37,974 nt of DNA from an uncultured Clostridium sp. (lineage in GTDB: Bacteria; Bacillota; Clostridia; TANB77; CAG-508): NCBI GenBank assembly GCA_964634355.1, contig CAZWIF010000004.1:1-37974 (forward strand), given 5' to 3'. The position numbers were made by a program, and so were the translations under genes. This document shows, piece by piece, positions 29,208 through 37,832 of this stretch; within the stretch, counting starts at the first letter, position 1, and every line of letters begins with the position of its first letter. Below the pieces are notes generated by a model that was not told the DNA's origin, did no database searches, and saw only the letters and a list, made by a program, of their open reading frames with translations.

Positions 29208-29729
29208 TTGGAGAAAAATAAAAGGAAGGAGGAAAATGCTAGAATGGCAATTCGAAGTATCAGACAAGAAGGAGACGAAATTTTAAAGAAAAAATCAAAA
29301 GAAATAGACGTTGTAGATGACAAGATAAGGGAACTTATGAATGATATGGTAGAAACAATGCATAAATATGATGGAGTAGGTCTTGCCGCTGTTCAGGTAG
29401 GAATATTAAAGAGGGTGATAGTAATAGATTTATATGATGGAAAACCAATTTTAATACTTGCAAATCCAGTAATTTTAAAAACAAAAGGAAAACAAAAAGT
29501 TGAGGAGGGGTGTTTGAGTTTCCCCAATAAATTTGTACAAGTTGAAAGACCAAATGAAGTTACAGTAGAGGGAATAAACGAAAACGGAGATAAAGTAAAA
29601 ATTACAGCTACAGGATTACTTGCACAGGCGATTTCACATGAAGTAGATCATTTGAATGGAATAGTTTTGACAGATGTTATGTTACCAGGTACAATGCAAT
29701 ATATAGAACCAAATAATGGAAATAAATAA
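29208..29729 (+). CDS. def: peptide deformylase
   Basis: GVGLAAVQVG, EGCLSFP and HEVDHLNG motifs. The likely true start is ATG 29244 (MAIRSIRQEGDEIL). Confidence 0.95.
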   Translation: MEKNKRKEENARMAIRSIRQEGDEILKKKSKEIDVVDDKIRELMNDMVETMHKYDGVGLAAVQVGILKRVIVIDLYDGKPILILANPVILKTKGKQKVEEGCLSFPNKFVQVERPNEVTVEGINENGDKVKITATGLLAQAISHEVDHLNGIVLTDVMLPGTMQYIEPNNGNK

Positions 29730-29764
29730 GATAAAGTGAATATAATATAACAAAATATACAATT

Positions 29765-30601
29765 TTGAGTTGTAGGAAGAATGACGACTGTCTTCTTCTT
29801 GAAATCTGCAAGAATAAGAGGCAGAGAAATATGGTAATAGTAAAAAAATTTGGAGGAAAATTATTAAATACAAAAGAAAGGATATTTAATGTAGTAAATA
29901 TTTGCAAAGAAGATTATGAGAAAGGAAATGATATTATATTAGTTCTATCTGCAATAGGAGATAGAACAGATGAACTGATTGAAAATGCGAAAAGCATAAA
30001 TAGTGAAGGTATTCCAAAGAGAGAAATGGATATGTTGCTTTCAACTGGAGAACAAACAGCAGTGGCATTAGTATCAATGGCATTTGCAAAGGAGAATATA
30101 CCGACAATATCTTTGAATGCTTTTCAGGTACCAATACTTACAAATTCAGACTATAGTGATGCACAGATTGTAGATATTGGTACTGATAGAATAAATAAAG
30201 AATTATCTAAAAGAAAAATTGTAATTGTAACAGGATTTCAGGGAATTGACAGTGAGAATAATTTAACTACGCTAGGTAGAGGTGGCTCAGATACAACAGC
30301 AGTTGCAATTGCGGCTAAATTTGAAGCAGATAGTTGTGAGATTTATAAAGATGTAGATGGCGTATATAATAAAGACCCTAAGTCAAATAAAGAAGCCATA
30401 AAATATAGGAAGATAAGTTTTGATGAAATGTTGGCACTTTCAAACTCAGGAGCGAAAGTGTTACACAATAAATCAGTAGAGATAGCGAGAGAATATGATG
30501 TCCCTATATTAATTAAATCATTTTTCACAAATAAGACAGGAACAGTTATAGAAAATGAAAAAAAGGACGCTTCACTTTTTCAATGTATAATATGCAAATG
30601 A
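29765..30601 (+). CDS. aspartokinase catalytic (amino-acid kinase) domain only; ACT regulatory domains absent
   Basis: The likely start is ATG 29831 (MVIVKKFGG), giving 256 aa. Motifs present are LSAIGDRTDEL, STGEQTAVAL, VTGFQG, LGRGGSDTTAVAIA, IYKDVDGVYNKDPK and GAKVLHNKSVEIA. The ORF stops about 20 aa after GTVI, where the ACT domains normally begin. Confidence 0.8.
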   Translation: MSCRKNDDCLLLEICKNKRQRNMVIVKKFGGKLLNTKERIFNVVNICKEDYEKGNDIILVLSAIGDRTDELIENAKSINSEGIPKREMDMLLSTGEQTAVALVSMAFAKENIPTISLNAFQVPILTNSDYSDAQIVDIGTDRINKELSKRKIVIVTGFQGIDSENNLTTLGRGGSDTTAVAIAAKFEADSCEIYKDVDGVYNKDPKSNKEAIKYRKISFDEMLALSNSGAKVLHNKSVEIAREYDVPILIKSFFTNKTGTVIENEKKDASLFQCIICK

Positions 30602-30740
30602 GCAAAAACATTAACAAGATAAACGATAAAATTTTAAATATTGATATAGTGGGTCGCTCAAGTGAGCAACCATACAGGAAAATGCGATATGGCATAAATC
30701 GAAACAATTGTATGAAACAAAAATATTATAAATAAAATTT

Positions 30741-30768
30741 TAGGGGCTTGGGTCGAACCAGGCCCTTG
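30741..30768. repeat. divergent member of the same hairpin family (TAGGGGC ... GCCCTTGT flanks, different stem interior)
   Basis: TAGGGGCTTGGGTCGAACCAGGCCCTTG shares the outer TAGGGGC and GCCCTTGT with copies 1 and 3. The interior is replaced yet still pairs (8-bp stem including one G-U, 6-nt loop). Confidence 0.5.
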
Positions 30769-30811
30769 TTACAATTCACCCAGCAATCTTCATATGCTGT
30801 GAATTGTAACA
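30767..30811. other. 13-bp perfect-stem hairpin (TGTTACAATTCAC / GTGAATTGTAACA) in a non-coding spacer
   Basis: Arms at 30767-30779 and 30799-30811 enclose a 19-nt loop holding a small inner CAGC/GCTG pairing. T-rich sequence begins about 10 nt downstream. It may be a terminator or a structured RNA. Confidence 0.35.
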
Positions 30812-30848
30812 GGCTCTTAAATTTTTTATAAATTTTTTTATAAAGATA

Positions 30849-30877
30849 TTGACATTATATATAGATAAGAATATAAT
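30849..30877 (+). promoter_or_regulatory. perfect-consensus sigma-A promoter of the metalloregulator/ATPase operon
   Basis: TTGACA, 17 nt, TATAAT. Confidence 0.7.
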
Positions 30878-30879
30878 AA

Positions 30880-30903
30880 ATATATGAACAAATGCTCATA
30901 TAT
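30880..30903. promoter_or_regulatory. candidate ArsR/SmtB operator
   Basis: ATATATGAACAAATGCTCATATAT is an inverted repeat (outer 8 bp perfect, TGAACA / TGCTCA core) immediately downstream of the -10. This is the usual position and sequence style for SmtB/CzrA-type operators. Confidence 0.55.
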
Positions 30904-31293
30904 TTAAACGAAAGGAAACATAAAAATATGGAGAAAGAAATAAATGAAGAATTACAAGATTCGAATATTGTTAGATTAGATGTTATTGAAGAAGTAAAAA
31001 ACACGCTTCCAAATGATGATATGATTTTTGATTTGGCAGAATTATTTAAGATGTTTGCTGATTCTACACGAATGAAAATTATTTGTGCTTTAAAGGAAAA
31101 AGAATTATGTGTTGGAGAGATTGCATTTATAACCAACACAACACAAAGTGCTATATCACATCAATTAAGAATATTAAAACAATCCAAATTAGTTAAATAT
31201 AGAAAAGAAGGTAAAAGTGTATATTACAGCTTAGATGATGACCACGTAATTGAAATCTTGCTGAAAGGATGTGAACATATTGAAGAAATATAG
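30892..31293 (+). CDS. ArsR/SmtB-family metalloregulator with an alpha5 (CzrA/SmtB-type) metal site
   Basis: Winged helix (ELCVGEIAFITNTTQSAISHQLRILKQSKLV). The C-terminal D-x-H-x10-H-x2-E pattern lies in DDDHVIEILLKGCEHIEE. The likely start is ATG 30928. Confidence 0.9.
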   Translation: MLIYLNERKHKNMEKEINEELQDSNIVRLDVIEEVKNTLPNDDMIFDLAELFKMFADSTRMKIICALKEKELCVGEIAFITNTTQSAISHQLRILKQSKLVKYRKEGKSVYYSLDDDHVIEILLKGCEHIEEI

Positions 31294-33358
31294 ATTTGAT
31301 ATATTAGACTTAGATTGTGCAAATTGTGCCAAAGAGGTTGAAGAGGCAATCAATGAAATTGAAGGAATAAGCAATTGCATGGTAAACTTTGGAACTAGTA
31401 AAATTATATTGGAGTCAGAAATAGAAAATACGCTAGAGGAAATAAGAAAGGTTGCAGCTGTTGTTGAGCCAGATTGTACCATACAAGAAGAACATAGCGA
31501 TGAGGAGAAATCAGACGAAAAGAATTATGCATTATTAAGACTATTTATAGGAATTGTTTTTGCAGTTATTGGATTTTCAGATATAATACCAAATGTATAC
31601 ATATCAATAGGCTTAATAGTTATATCTTATGTGGTTCTATTATATAGAACATGTAAGAAAGCTATAAAACAAATAAAAGGTCATATTATAGATGAAAATA
31701 TGCTAATGGTTATATCTTGTGTAGGTGCATTTTTAGTTGGAGAAAGAGTAGAAGGACTAATGGTTATTCTATTATTTGAAATAGGGAAAATACTAGAGTC
31801 TAAAGCCATTTCAAAATCAAGAAAATCAATAAAAGAACTAATGGATATAAAACCAGAATATGCTAATTTAAAACTTAATGATGGAGATAGCAAGAGAGTA
31901 GAGCCACATGAAGTAAAAATAGGAGATATAATAGTTGTAAAAAAAGGCGAAAGGATTCCTTTAGATGGTATTGTAATAGCAGGAAATGCCTCATTAAATA
32001 CTTCCGCATTAACAGGAGAATCAAAATTATATGAAGTAAAGAAAGACGTGCCTGTCCTATCTGGAAGTATTAATGAAGAGGGACTAATAGATGTAAAAGT
32101 TACAGCTACATATGAAAATGGAACAGTAAACAGAATATTAGAATTGGTTGAGCAAGCAACCGATAAAAAGGCGAAGACTGAAACTTTTGTATCAAAAGCT
32201 GCAAAAATATATACTCCAATTATAATGGTATTAGCATTAGTTGTTGCGATATTTCTGCCAGTAATAGTATCAGAAATTAATTATTCGGAGAGTATATATA
32301 GAGCATTAACCTTCTTAGTAATTGCATGTCCGTGTTCTATAGCCATATCAGTTCCTTTATCATATTTCTCAGGCATAGGAAAAGCTTCTAAATCAGGTGT
32401 TTTAATAAAAGGAAGTGATTATTTAGATGGATTAAAAGATATAAATAATATAGTATTTGATAAAACAGGAACTATTACTACTGGAATATTTGAAGTTTCA
32501 CAGATTAGTAGTTTAGATAAAAAAATGTCAGAAAAAGAAGTTTTAAAATATGTGGCATTAGGAGAAAAATTTTCAAATCACCCATTGGCTCAATCAGTTG
32601 TTAAAAAATACGCTGAAGAACTAGATACAGCTGAAGTGGAAAATTTAAAGGAAATATCAGGGAAGGGAATTCAATATGAAATAGACACGAGAAAAGTAAA
32701 AATAGGAAATAAAAAATTTATAGAAGAAGATATAGAAGGAGAAATACCAAATATAAAGACAACAGGTACTATTATATATTTATCAATAGATAATGCTGTA
32801 AAAGGTGCAGTAATTTTAAATGATCAAGTTAAATCAAATGTCAAAAATGTAATTAAAAATCTAAGAAAACTAGGAATTAAAACTAGAATGTTTACTGGAG
32901 ATAAAAAAGATACTGCAGAAGAAATAGCTAAAAAGATAGGAATAGACGAAGTAAAATCACAAATGTTACCACAAGATAAATATGATGAACTTGAAAAAAT
33001 CATTAATCAAAATGAGAAAGGAAAGAAAGTAGCTTTTGTAGGAGATGGAATAAATGATAGTCCAGTCTTAGCAAGAGCAGACATAGGAATATCAATGGGA
33101 GGAGTTGGTGCATCATCTGCAATAGAGGCTTCAGATGTGGTACTAATGACAGATGAGATTGATAAAATTTTAACTGGAATAAAAATATCTAAAAAAACCA
33201 ATAGAATTATAAAACAAAATCTAATTTTTGCAATATCAGTAAAGGTGATTATATTAATACTTTCAGTATTTGGTATTTCAAACATGTGGCAAGCAGTATT
33301 TGCAGATGTTGGAACAACAATAATTACAATATTTAACACCTTAAGAATATTAAAATAA
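31271..33358 (+). CDS. P1B-2-type heavy-metal (Zn/Cd/Pb-class) translocating P-type ATPase
   Basis: N-terminal HMA domain (LDCANCAKEV). Also present: TGES, CPC-x4-S-x-P (ACPCSIAISVP), DKTGTIT, SNHPLA, GDGINDSPVLA and a TM8 ADVGTT (D-x-G) motif. The start is GTG 31271 or TTG 31280, overlapping the regulator gene. Confidence 0.93.
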   Translation: MNILKKYRFDILDLDCANCAKEVEEAINEIEGISNCMVNFGTSKIILESEIENTLEEIRKVAAVVEPDCTIQEEHSDEEKSDEKNYALLRLFIGIVFAVIGFSDIIPNVYISIGLIVISYVVLLYRTCKKAIKQIKGHIIDENMLMVISCVGAFLVGERVEGLMVILLFEIGKILESKAISKSRKSIKELMDIKPEYANLKLNDGDSKRVEPHEVKIGDIIVVKKGERIPLDGIVIAGNASLNTSALTGESKLYEVKKDVPVLSGSINEEGLIDVKVTATYENGTVNRILELVEQATDKKAKTETFVSKAAKIYTPIIMVLALVVAIFLPVIVSEINYSESIYRALTFLVIACPCSIAISVPLSYFSGIGKASKSGVLIKGSDYLDGLKDINNIVFDKTGTITTGIFEVSQISSLDKKMSEKEVLKYVALGEKFSNHPLAQSVVKKYAEELDTAEVENLKEISGKGIQYEIDTRKVKIGNKKFIEEDIEGEIPNIKTTGTIIYLSIDNAVKGAVILNDQVKSNVKNVIKNLRKLGIKTRMFTGDKKDTAEEIAKKIGIDEVKSQMLPQDKYDELEKIINQNEKGKKVAFVGDGINDSPVLARADIGISMGGVGASSAIEASDVVLMTDEIDKILTGIKISKKTNRIIKQNLIFAISVKVIILILSVFGISNMWQAVFADVGTTIITIFNTLRILK

Positions 33359-33365
33359 TCAATAT

Positions 33366-33400
33366 AAATGAACTCAGGGAAGTTCTTGAGTTCATTTTTA
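33366..33400 (+). terminator. intrinsic terminator after the P-type ATPase
   Basis: An 11-bp perfect stem (AAATGAACTCA / TGAGTTCATTT) with a 10-nt loop is followed by a T-rich run. Confidence 0.75.
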
Positions 33401-33417
33401 TATTTGAATAAAAAATC

Positions 33418-33431
33418 CGAAAAATTGTTTG
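33418..33431. promoter_or_regulatory. candidate SOS (Cheo-type) box overlapping the lexA -35
   Basis: CGAAAAATTGTTTG compared with the Gram-positive consensus CGAACnnnnGTTCG. Each half-site matches 4 of 5 positions with the correct 4-nt spacer. Confidence 0.45.
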
Positions 33432-33457
33432 ACAAATAAAAAAAGTTGTGATATCAT
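33429..33457 (+). promoter_or_regulatory. candidate sigma-A promoter of lexA
   Basis: TTGACA, 17 nt, TATCAT. Confidence 0.6.
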
Positions 33458-33480
33458 AATGCCAATGAAAAAGAAAAAAC

Positions 33481-34182
33481 ATGTTTGTTGATAGAAATAT
33501 CGGAACGGGGGTAATTATGAAAAGAAGAAAAAGTCCAGATGAATTAAATGCAAGAGAAAAAGCTATATTAAAATTTGTGGAAAAGGAAACAGAGGAAAAA
33601 GGCTATTCACCTTCTGTAAGAGAAATTGGTAAAAAAGTGGGGTTAAAATCAACAGCGACTGTTCATGGATATGTTAATAGATTAACAGAGCTTGGATATC
33701 TAAAAAAAGAAGATAAAAAGGGTAGAACATTGAGGTTAATAAAAAATGCTAAAGGTGAAGAAATTAGCAAAAAGAAAATTGAGCCAAAGGATTTTTATGG
33801 GGGAAGAGAATTAGTTGACGTTCCTGTTATTGGTAAAATCACTGCGGGTGAACCTATACTTGCTGTTGAAAATATTACTGATACATTTCCTATACCAATA
33901 GACTTTGTTGGAAATTCTGAAAGCTTTATGCTTACAGTTAGAGGAGAAAGCATGATTGAAGCTGGAATTTTAAATGGAGATTATATACTTGTAAGAAAAC
34001 AGAATAATGCAGAAAATGGAGAAATTGTTGTCGCTTTAATTGAAGACGAGGCAACTGTTAAAACTTTCTATAAAGAGAAAGACCATATAAGATTACAACC
34101 GGAAAATCAAACCATGGATCCAATAATAGTTCCTGATTGCCAAATATTAGGCAAAGTTATAGGAGTATTTAGAAAGATGTAA
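33481..34182 (+). CDS. lexA: LexA SOS repressor
   Basis: GYSPSVREIGKKVGLKSTATVHGYV helix-turn-helix, an Ala-Gly cleavage site in GKITAGEPILA, and the Ser/Lys dyad (RGESM, ATVKTF). The likely start is ATG 33517 after GGGGGT. Confidence 0.95.
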   Translation: MFVDRNIGTGVIMKRRKSPDELNAREKAILKFVEKETEEKGYSPSVREIGKKVGLKSTATVHGYVNRLTELGYLKKEDKKGRTLRLIKNAKGEEISKKKIEPKDFYGGRELVDVPVIGKITAGEPILAVENITDTFPIPIDFVGNSESFMLTVRGESMIEAGILNGDYILVRKQNNAENGEIVVALIEDEATVKTFYKEKDHIRLQPENQTMDPIIVPDCQILGKVIGVFRKM

Positions 34183-34195
34183 TATATTATACTTA

Positions 34196-34221
34196 AAGGG
34201 GCACGGTGCACCGTGCCCCTT
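34196..34221. repeat. GC-rich palindromic element, copy 4 (core 34199-34218, palindrome extended to 26 bp), after lexA
   Basis: AAGGGGCACGGTGCACCGTGCCCCTT lies 14 nt after the lexA stop. Confidence 0.85.
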
Positions 34222-34291
34222 ACATTGTAAATATTGCAATTTAGCGGACAAATGAGATTGCTTTTTATCCGTTGGTTAACAGGAAGGAATT

Positions 34292-36187
34292 ATGGTAAGT
34301 ATGAATAAAATATTGGAAAAAGTGAATACACCAGATGATTTAAAAAAATTGAATATAAAGGAAAAAGAGGAGCTAGCGACTGAAATTAGGGAAATGATAT
34401 TAGATGTAGTTTCGAAGAATGGTGGACATCTTGCATCTAATCTGGGAGTTACTGAACTTACAATAGCTTTACACAGTGTATTTAATATGCCAAAGGATAA
34501 GATTGTGTGGGATGTTGGACATCAGACTTATGTGCATAAGATTTTAACAGGCAGGAAAGATAAAATGTCAACATTGAGAAAACTAAATGGTATTTCAGGT
34601 TTTCCAAAGACTTCAGAGTCAGAATACGATAGTTTTGATACAGGGCATAGCAGTACATCAATATCTGTAGCACTAGGAATGGCAAGAGCAAGAGATTTAA
34701 AAAAAGAAGATTACAAAGTAATTGCAGTAATAGGAGATGGAGCCTTAACGGGAGGAATGGCACTTGAAGCATTAAATGATGCCGGTGCAGCCAAAAGTAA
34801 TTTGATTGTAATTTTAAATGATAATGAAATGAGTATTTCAAAAAATGTTGGGGGAATTCCAAGGTTATTAAGTAAAATAAGAACGAAGAAACTATATAAA
34901 ACTTCAAATGACTATATTAGAGATAATATTGAAAAAATACCTGTGATAGGAAAGCGCATAAGCCAAGTTATAAAAAGAATAAAAAGCAGTATTAAACAAT
35001 TGATAATTCCAAATATGTTTTTTGAAGATATTGGCTTTAGCTATCTGGGACCAGTGGATGGACATAATATAGCAGAGCTTGAAGACATAATGCAACGAAG
35101 TAAACAAATTGATGGTCCAATTTTAATACATGTTATTACCAAAAAAGGAAAAGGATATAAGATTGCTGAAGAAAATCCAGATGATTTTCATGCTACTGGT
35201 GGATTTGATATAGAAACAGGCAAGAGTAAGAAGAAAAAAGGTGAGGATTATTCGAAAATCTTTGGAAGAAAACTTTCTGAATTAGCAGAAAAGGATAGTA
35301 GTATAGTAGCAATAACAGCAGCAATGAAGGATGGAACTGGATTAAGTCATTTTGCAAGAGAGTTCCCTAGTAGATTTTTTGATGTTGGGATTGCAGAGCA
35401 ACATGCTTTGGGTTTTGCAGCGGGCCTTGCAAAAGCAGGGGCTATTCCGGTTATATCAATATATTCATCATTTTATCAAAGAGGCTATGACCAAGTAATT
35501 CATGATATTTGTATTCAAAAACTGGGGGTAGTAATGTGCGTTGATAGAGCAGGTATTGTCGGAAATGATGGAGAAACACATCAAGGTATATTAGATTTAT
35601 CTTTCTTTAATATAATTCCTAATTTGAATATTATGGCACCAAAGGATTTTAAAGAGTTGGAGGATATGCTAGAGTTTTCGGTGCAATTACATAGACCAGT
35701 TGTTATAAGATATCCTCGAGGTGGAGAAGGTCCGACAAAATTTGATAAACACGAAAGGATTGAATTGGGAAAAGCAGAGTTAATAAAAGAAGGAAAAGAT
35801 ATAACTATTGTTGCAATTGGAAAAATGGTAAGTAGAGCGTGTGAAGTCGGAAAAGAATTAGAAAAAGATAATATAGATGCAGAAATAATTAATGCTAGAT
35901 TTCTGAAACCTATAGATGAAGAGATGATTATTAATTCTATAAAAAAGACTAAAAAGGTAATTACAATAGAGGATAATATATTGAAAGGTGGGTTAGCAAG
36001 CAATATAAAAGAATTGATTTTTGATAATGGACTAAATGAAATATATGCAAAAAATTTTGGATATCCAAATGTTTTTGTAAAACACGGTTCGACTGATGAA
36101 ATTGAAAAGATATATGGATTAGATATTGGAAATATTGTAATGGAAACAAAGGAGTTAATAAAGAATGGGGAGAAGAAAAAAGAATAA
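34292..36187 (+). CDS. dxs: 1-deoxy-D-xylulose-5-phosphate synthase
   Basis: 631 aa with GGHLASNLGVTELTIALH, the TPP-binding GDGALTGGMALEALN, IAEQHA and a C-terminal transketolase domain. Confidence 0.95.
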   Translation: MVSMNKILEKVNTPDDLKKLNIKEKEELATEIREMILDVVSKNGGHLASNLGVTELTIALHSVFNMPKDKIVWDVGHQTYVHKILTGRKDKMSTLRKLNGISGFPKTSESEYDSFDTGHSSTSISVALGMARARDLKKEDYKVIAVIGDGALTGGMALEALNDAGAAKSNLIVILNDNEMSISKNVGGIPRLLSKIRTKKLYKTSNDYIRDNIEKIPVIGKRISQVIKRIKSSIKQLIIPNMFFEDIGFSYLGPVDGHNIAELEDIMQRSKQIDGPILIHVITKKGKGYKIAEENPDDFHATGGFDIETGKSKKKKGEDYSKIFGRKLSELAEKDSSIVAITAAMKDGTGLSHFAREFPSRFFDVGIAEQHALGFAAGLAKAGAIPVISIYSSFYQRGYDQVIHDICIQKLGVVMCVDRAGIVGNDGETHQGILDLSFFNIIPNLNIMAPKDFKELEDMLEFSVQLHRPVVIRYPRGGEGPTKFDKHERIELGKAELIKEGKDITIVAIGKMVSRACEVGKELEKDNIDAEIINARFLKPIDEEMIINSIKKTKKVITIEDNILKGGLASNIKELIFDNGLNEIYAKNFGYPNVFVKHGSTDEIEKIYGLDIGNIVMETKELIKNGEKKKE

Positions 36188-37203
36188 AAAAAGTAAAATA
36201 CTGAAGATTATATACTTAGTGTGCATTATAGCTGTATTTATTGCGGGTTTATATTACGAAAATGGATATACAGATGTTAATTCATTTGTTAATGATATGG
36301 CTAATGGTTTTATTAGAGTTTCAGAAACAATTGTTGGAGATGTAACTAATACTTTAAAGAATAATGAACAAGAAACAAGTGATAGTACAGAGACAACAGA
36401 AAGTAAAATAGTTTATGGAACTTTACAAATGCATACTATAGATGTAGGGCAACGGCGATAGTATACTGTTTATGCAAGCAGATAATGTTATGCTAATTGA
36501 TTGTGGAACAAAGAGCAAAGGAGGCACAGTTGTATCATATTTAAAAGAACTTGGAATAAGCAAAATAGATGTATTGATAGGAACTCACCCTCATGATGAT
36601 CATATGGGTGGAATGGCAGAAGTAATTAGAAATTTTGAAATAGGAACGGTATATGTACCAGATACATCTAAGAATACTATTACAACAAGTTGGTATTTAG
36701 ACTTTTTAGAGGCCGTTGATGAAAAAAATGTAAATTTAGTTTATCCAAAAGTTGGAGATACATTTGAATTGGGAGAAGCTGATGTACAAATACTAGCTCC
36801 AAATTCTAGTGAATATGAGGATTTAAACAATTATTCAATAGTAACGAGAATTACATATGGAGGTGTTAGTATTTTATCAGTAGGAGATGCTGAAAAAATA
36901 TCAGAAGATGAAATCTTGCAAAGTGAATTCAACGTTGAAGTGCAGATTTTAAAAGTGGGACATCATGGAAGTAATACTTCAAGTTCAGAGAAATTTATAG
37001 AAACAGTTAATCCACAATTTGCCATAATATCTTGCAAAAGGGGAAATACATATAATCATCCTACAAAATCAGTAATGGAATTGCTTGAAAAAAAAAATAT
37101 TACTGTATATAGGACAGATGAATCAGGAACTATTGTAATGATTACAGATGGAACTAATATAACATGGGACAAAGAACCAGGAGATTATCTGTCACGGAAG
37201 TGA
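36165..37203 (+). pseudogene. ComEC/Rec2-related MBL-fold metallo-hydrolase (secreted or anchored), split by a 1-nt frameshift
   Basis: The two track ORFs (36165-36461 and 36472-37203) join into one family-typical protein if the C at about 36453 is removed. The frame GTA GGG CAA [C] GGC GAT AGT ATA CTG then reads VGQGDSIL, restoring the conserved H.IDVGQGDS strand. The N-terminal TM anchor, THPHDDH, GDAE and VGHHGS are all intact. Confidence 0.8.
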
Positions 37204-37349
37204 ATTGTAAATTAAAACAGAAATAAAGTATTGAAAAAAAATAGGAAATATAGTAAAATAATATTAGAGTAAATAACATGCAAAGCCATGTTGAATATAA
37301 AAATATTTAGCCTCAGGGTATATGTCAATAAAACATAGGAAAGGATGTA

Positions 37350-37814
37350 ATGTTTATGGAGAGTGTAGGGGATTTTTTATGTGGGATTTTGATGACAATG
37401 TTTTGGATATTCAGATTAGTTGTCACAGCAGTATCATATTTGCAAATAGATTTTCCATTTGCGTCACTAAATACAAATATTGAGATAGCATTATGCTTTT
37501 TAACGTTAGTATGTATAATATGTGTGTTTAAAAGAGTTACTTTAGGAGGACTAGTCTACTGTGTTGCATATTGTGCATATTTTGGACCAGACTTATTTAT
37601 AAAAATACAAGAAGGAATAACAGATGAGACAATGTCACTTGTAATAGTGGATTTCTTAGCAATAGTATTAGCAGCAACTGTTTTACTAAATATTATTTGG
37701 AGTAAAACTAGAGTAGTATCTGCTAAAAAAGATGTAGAGTGGTTTTATCAAGGCAAAGATTATGATAGAAAATTGGATGAGCGTGCTGATAAAAATCAAT
37801 ATAGAATTTATTAA
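37350..37814 (+). CDS. hypothetical small membrane protein (about 4 TM helices)
   Basis: 154-aa ORF with an AAAGGA SD 4 nt upstream and hydrophobic segments. No recognisable family motif. Confidence 0.5.
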   Translation: MFMESVGDFLCGILMTMFWIFRLVVTAVSYLQIDFPFASLNTNIEIALCFLTLVCIICVFKRVTLGGLVYCVAYCAYFGPDLFIKIQEGITDETMSLVIVDFLAIVLAATVLLNIIWSKTRVVSAKKDVEWFYQGKDYDRKLDERADKNQYRIY

Positions 37815-37832
37815 TGTGAATTTAAGTGAATG

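Noticed and set aside
29236-29286. A short out-of-frame ATG (29236) 3 nt after the GGAGG upstream of def, as a possible regulatory upstream ORF.
   Set aside because: The spacing to the SD is too short. It is a 16-codon frame with no supporting feature, and def start ATG 29244 fits the conserved MAIR N terminus.
29730-29830. A lysine (L-box) riboswitch or the N-terminal extension MSCRKNDDCLLLEICKNKRQRN upstream of the aspartokinase domain.
   Set aside because: A 100-nt leader is too short for an L-box, and none of its conserved helices is evident. The extension starts at a TTG without an SD, whereas ATG 29831 has an AGAGG SD and matches the canonical MxxVxKFGG start.
30748-30765. TTGGGTCGAACCAGG resembles a tRNA T-arm (GGTTCGAATCC-like).
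   Set aside because: The loop is 6 nt rather than 7. The upstream sequence is pure A/T with no D-arm or anticodon arm, and no acceptor stem or CCA context is present. I interpret it as a member of the GC-hairpin family instead.
33477-33486. The perfect palindrome AAACATGTTT in the lexA leader as a second SOS box.
   Set aside because: Its half-sites are separated by 2 nt rather than the 4 nt needed for a Cheo-type box. It also overlaps the spurious upstream ATG at 33481, so it is probably coincidental.
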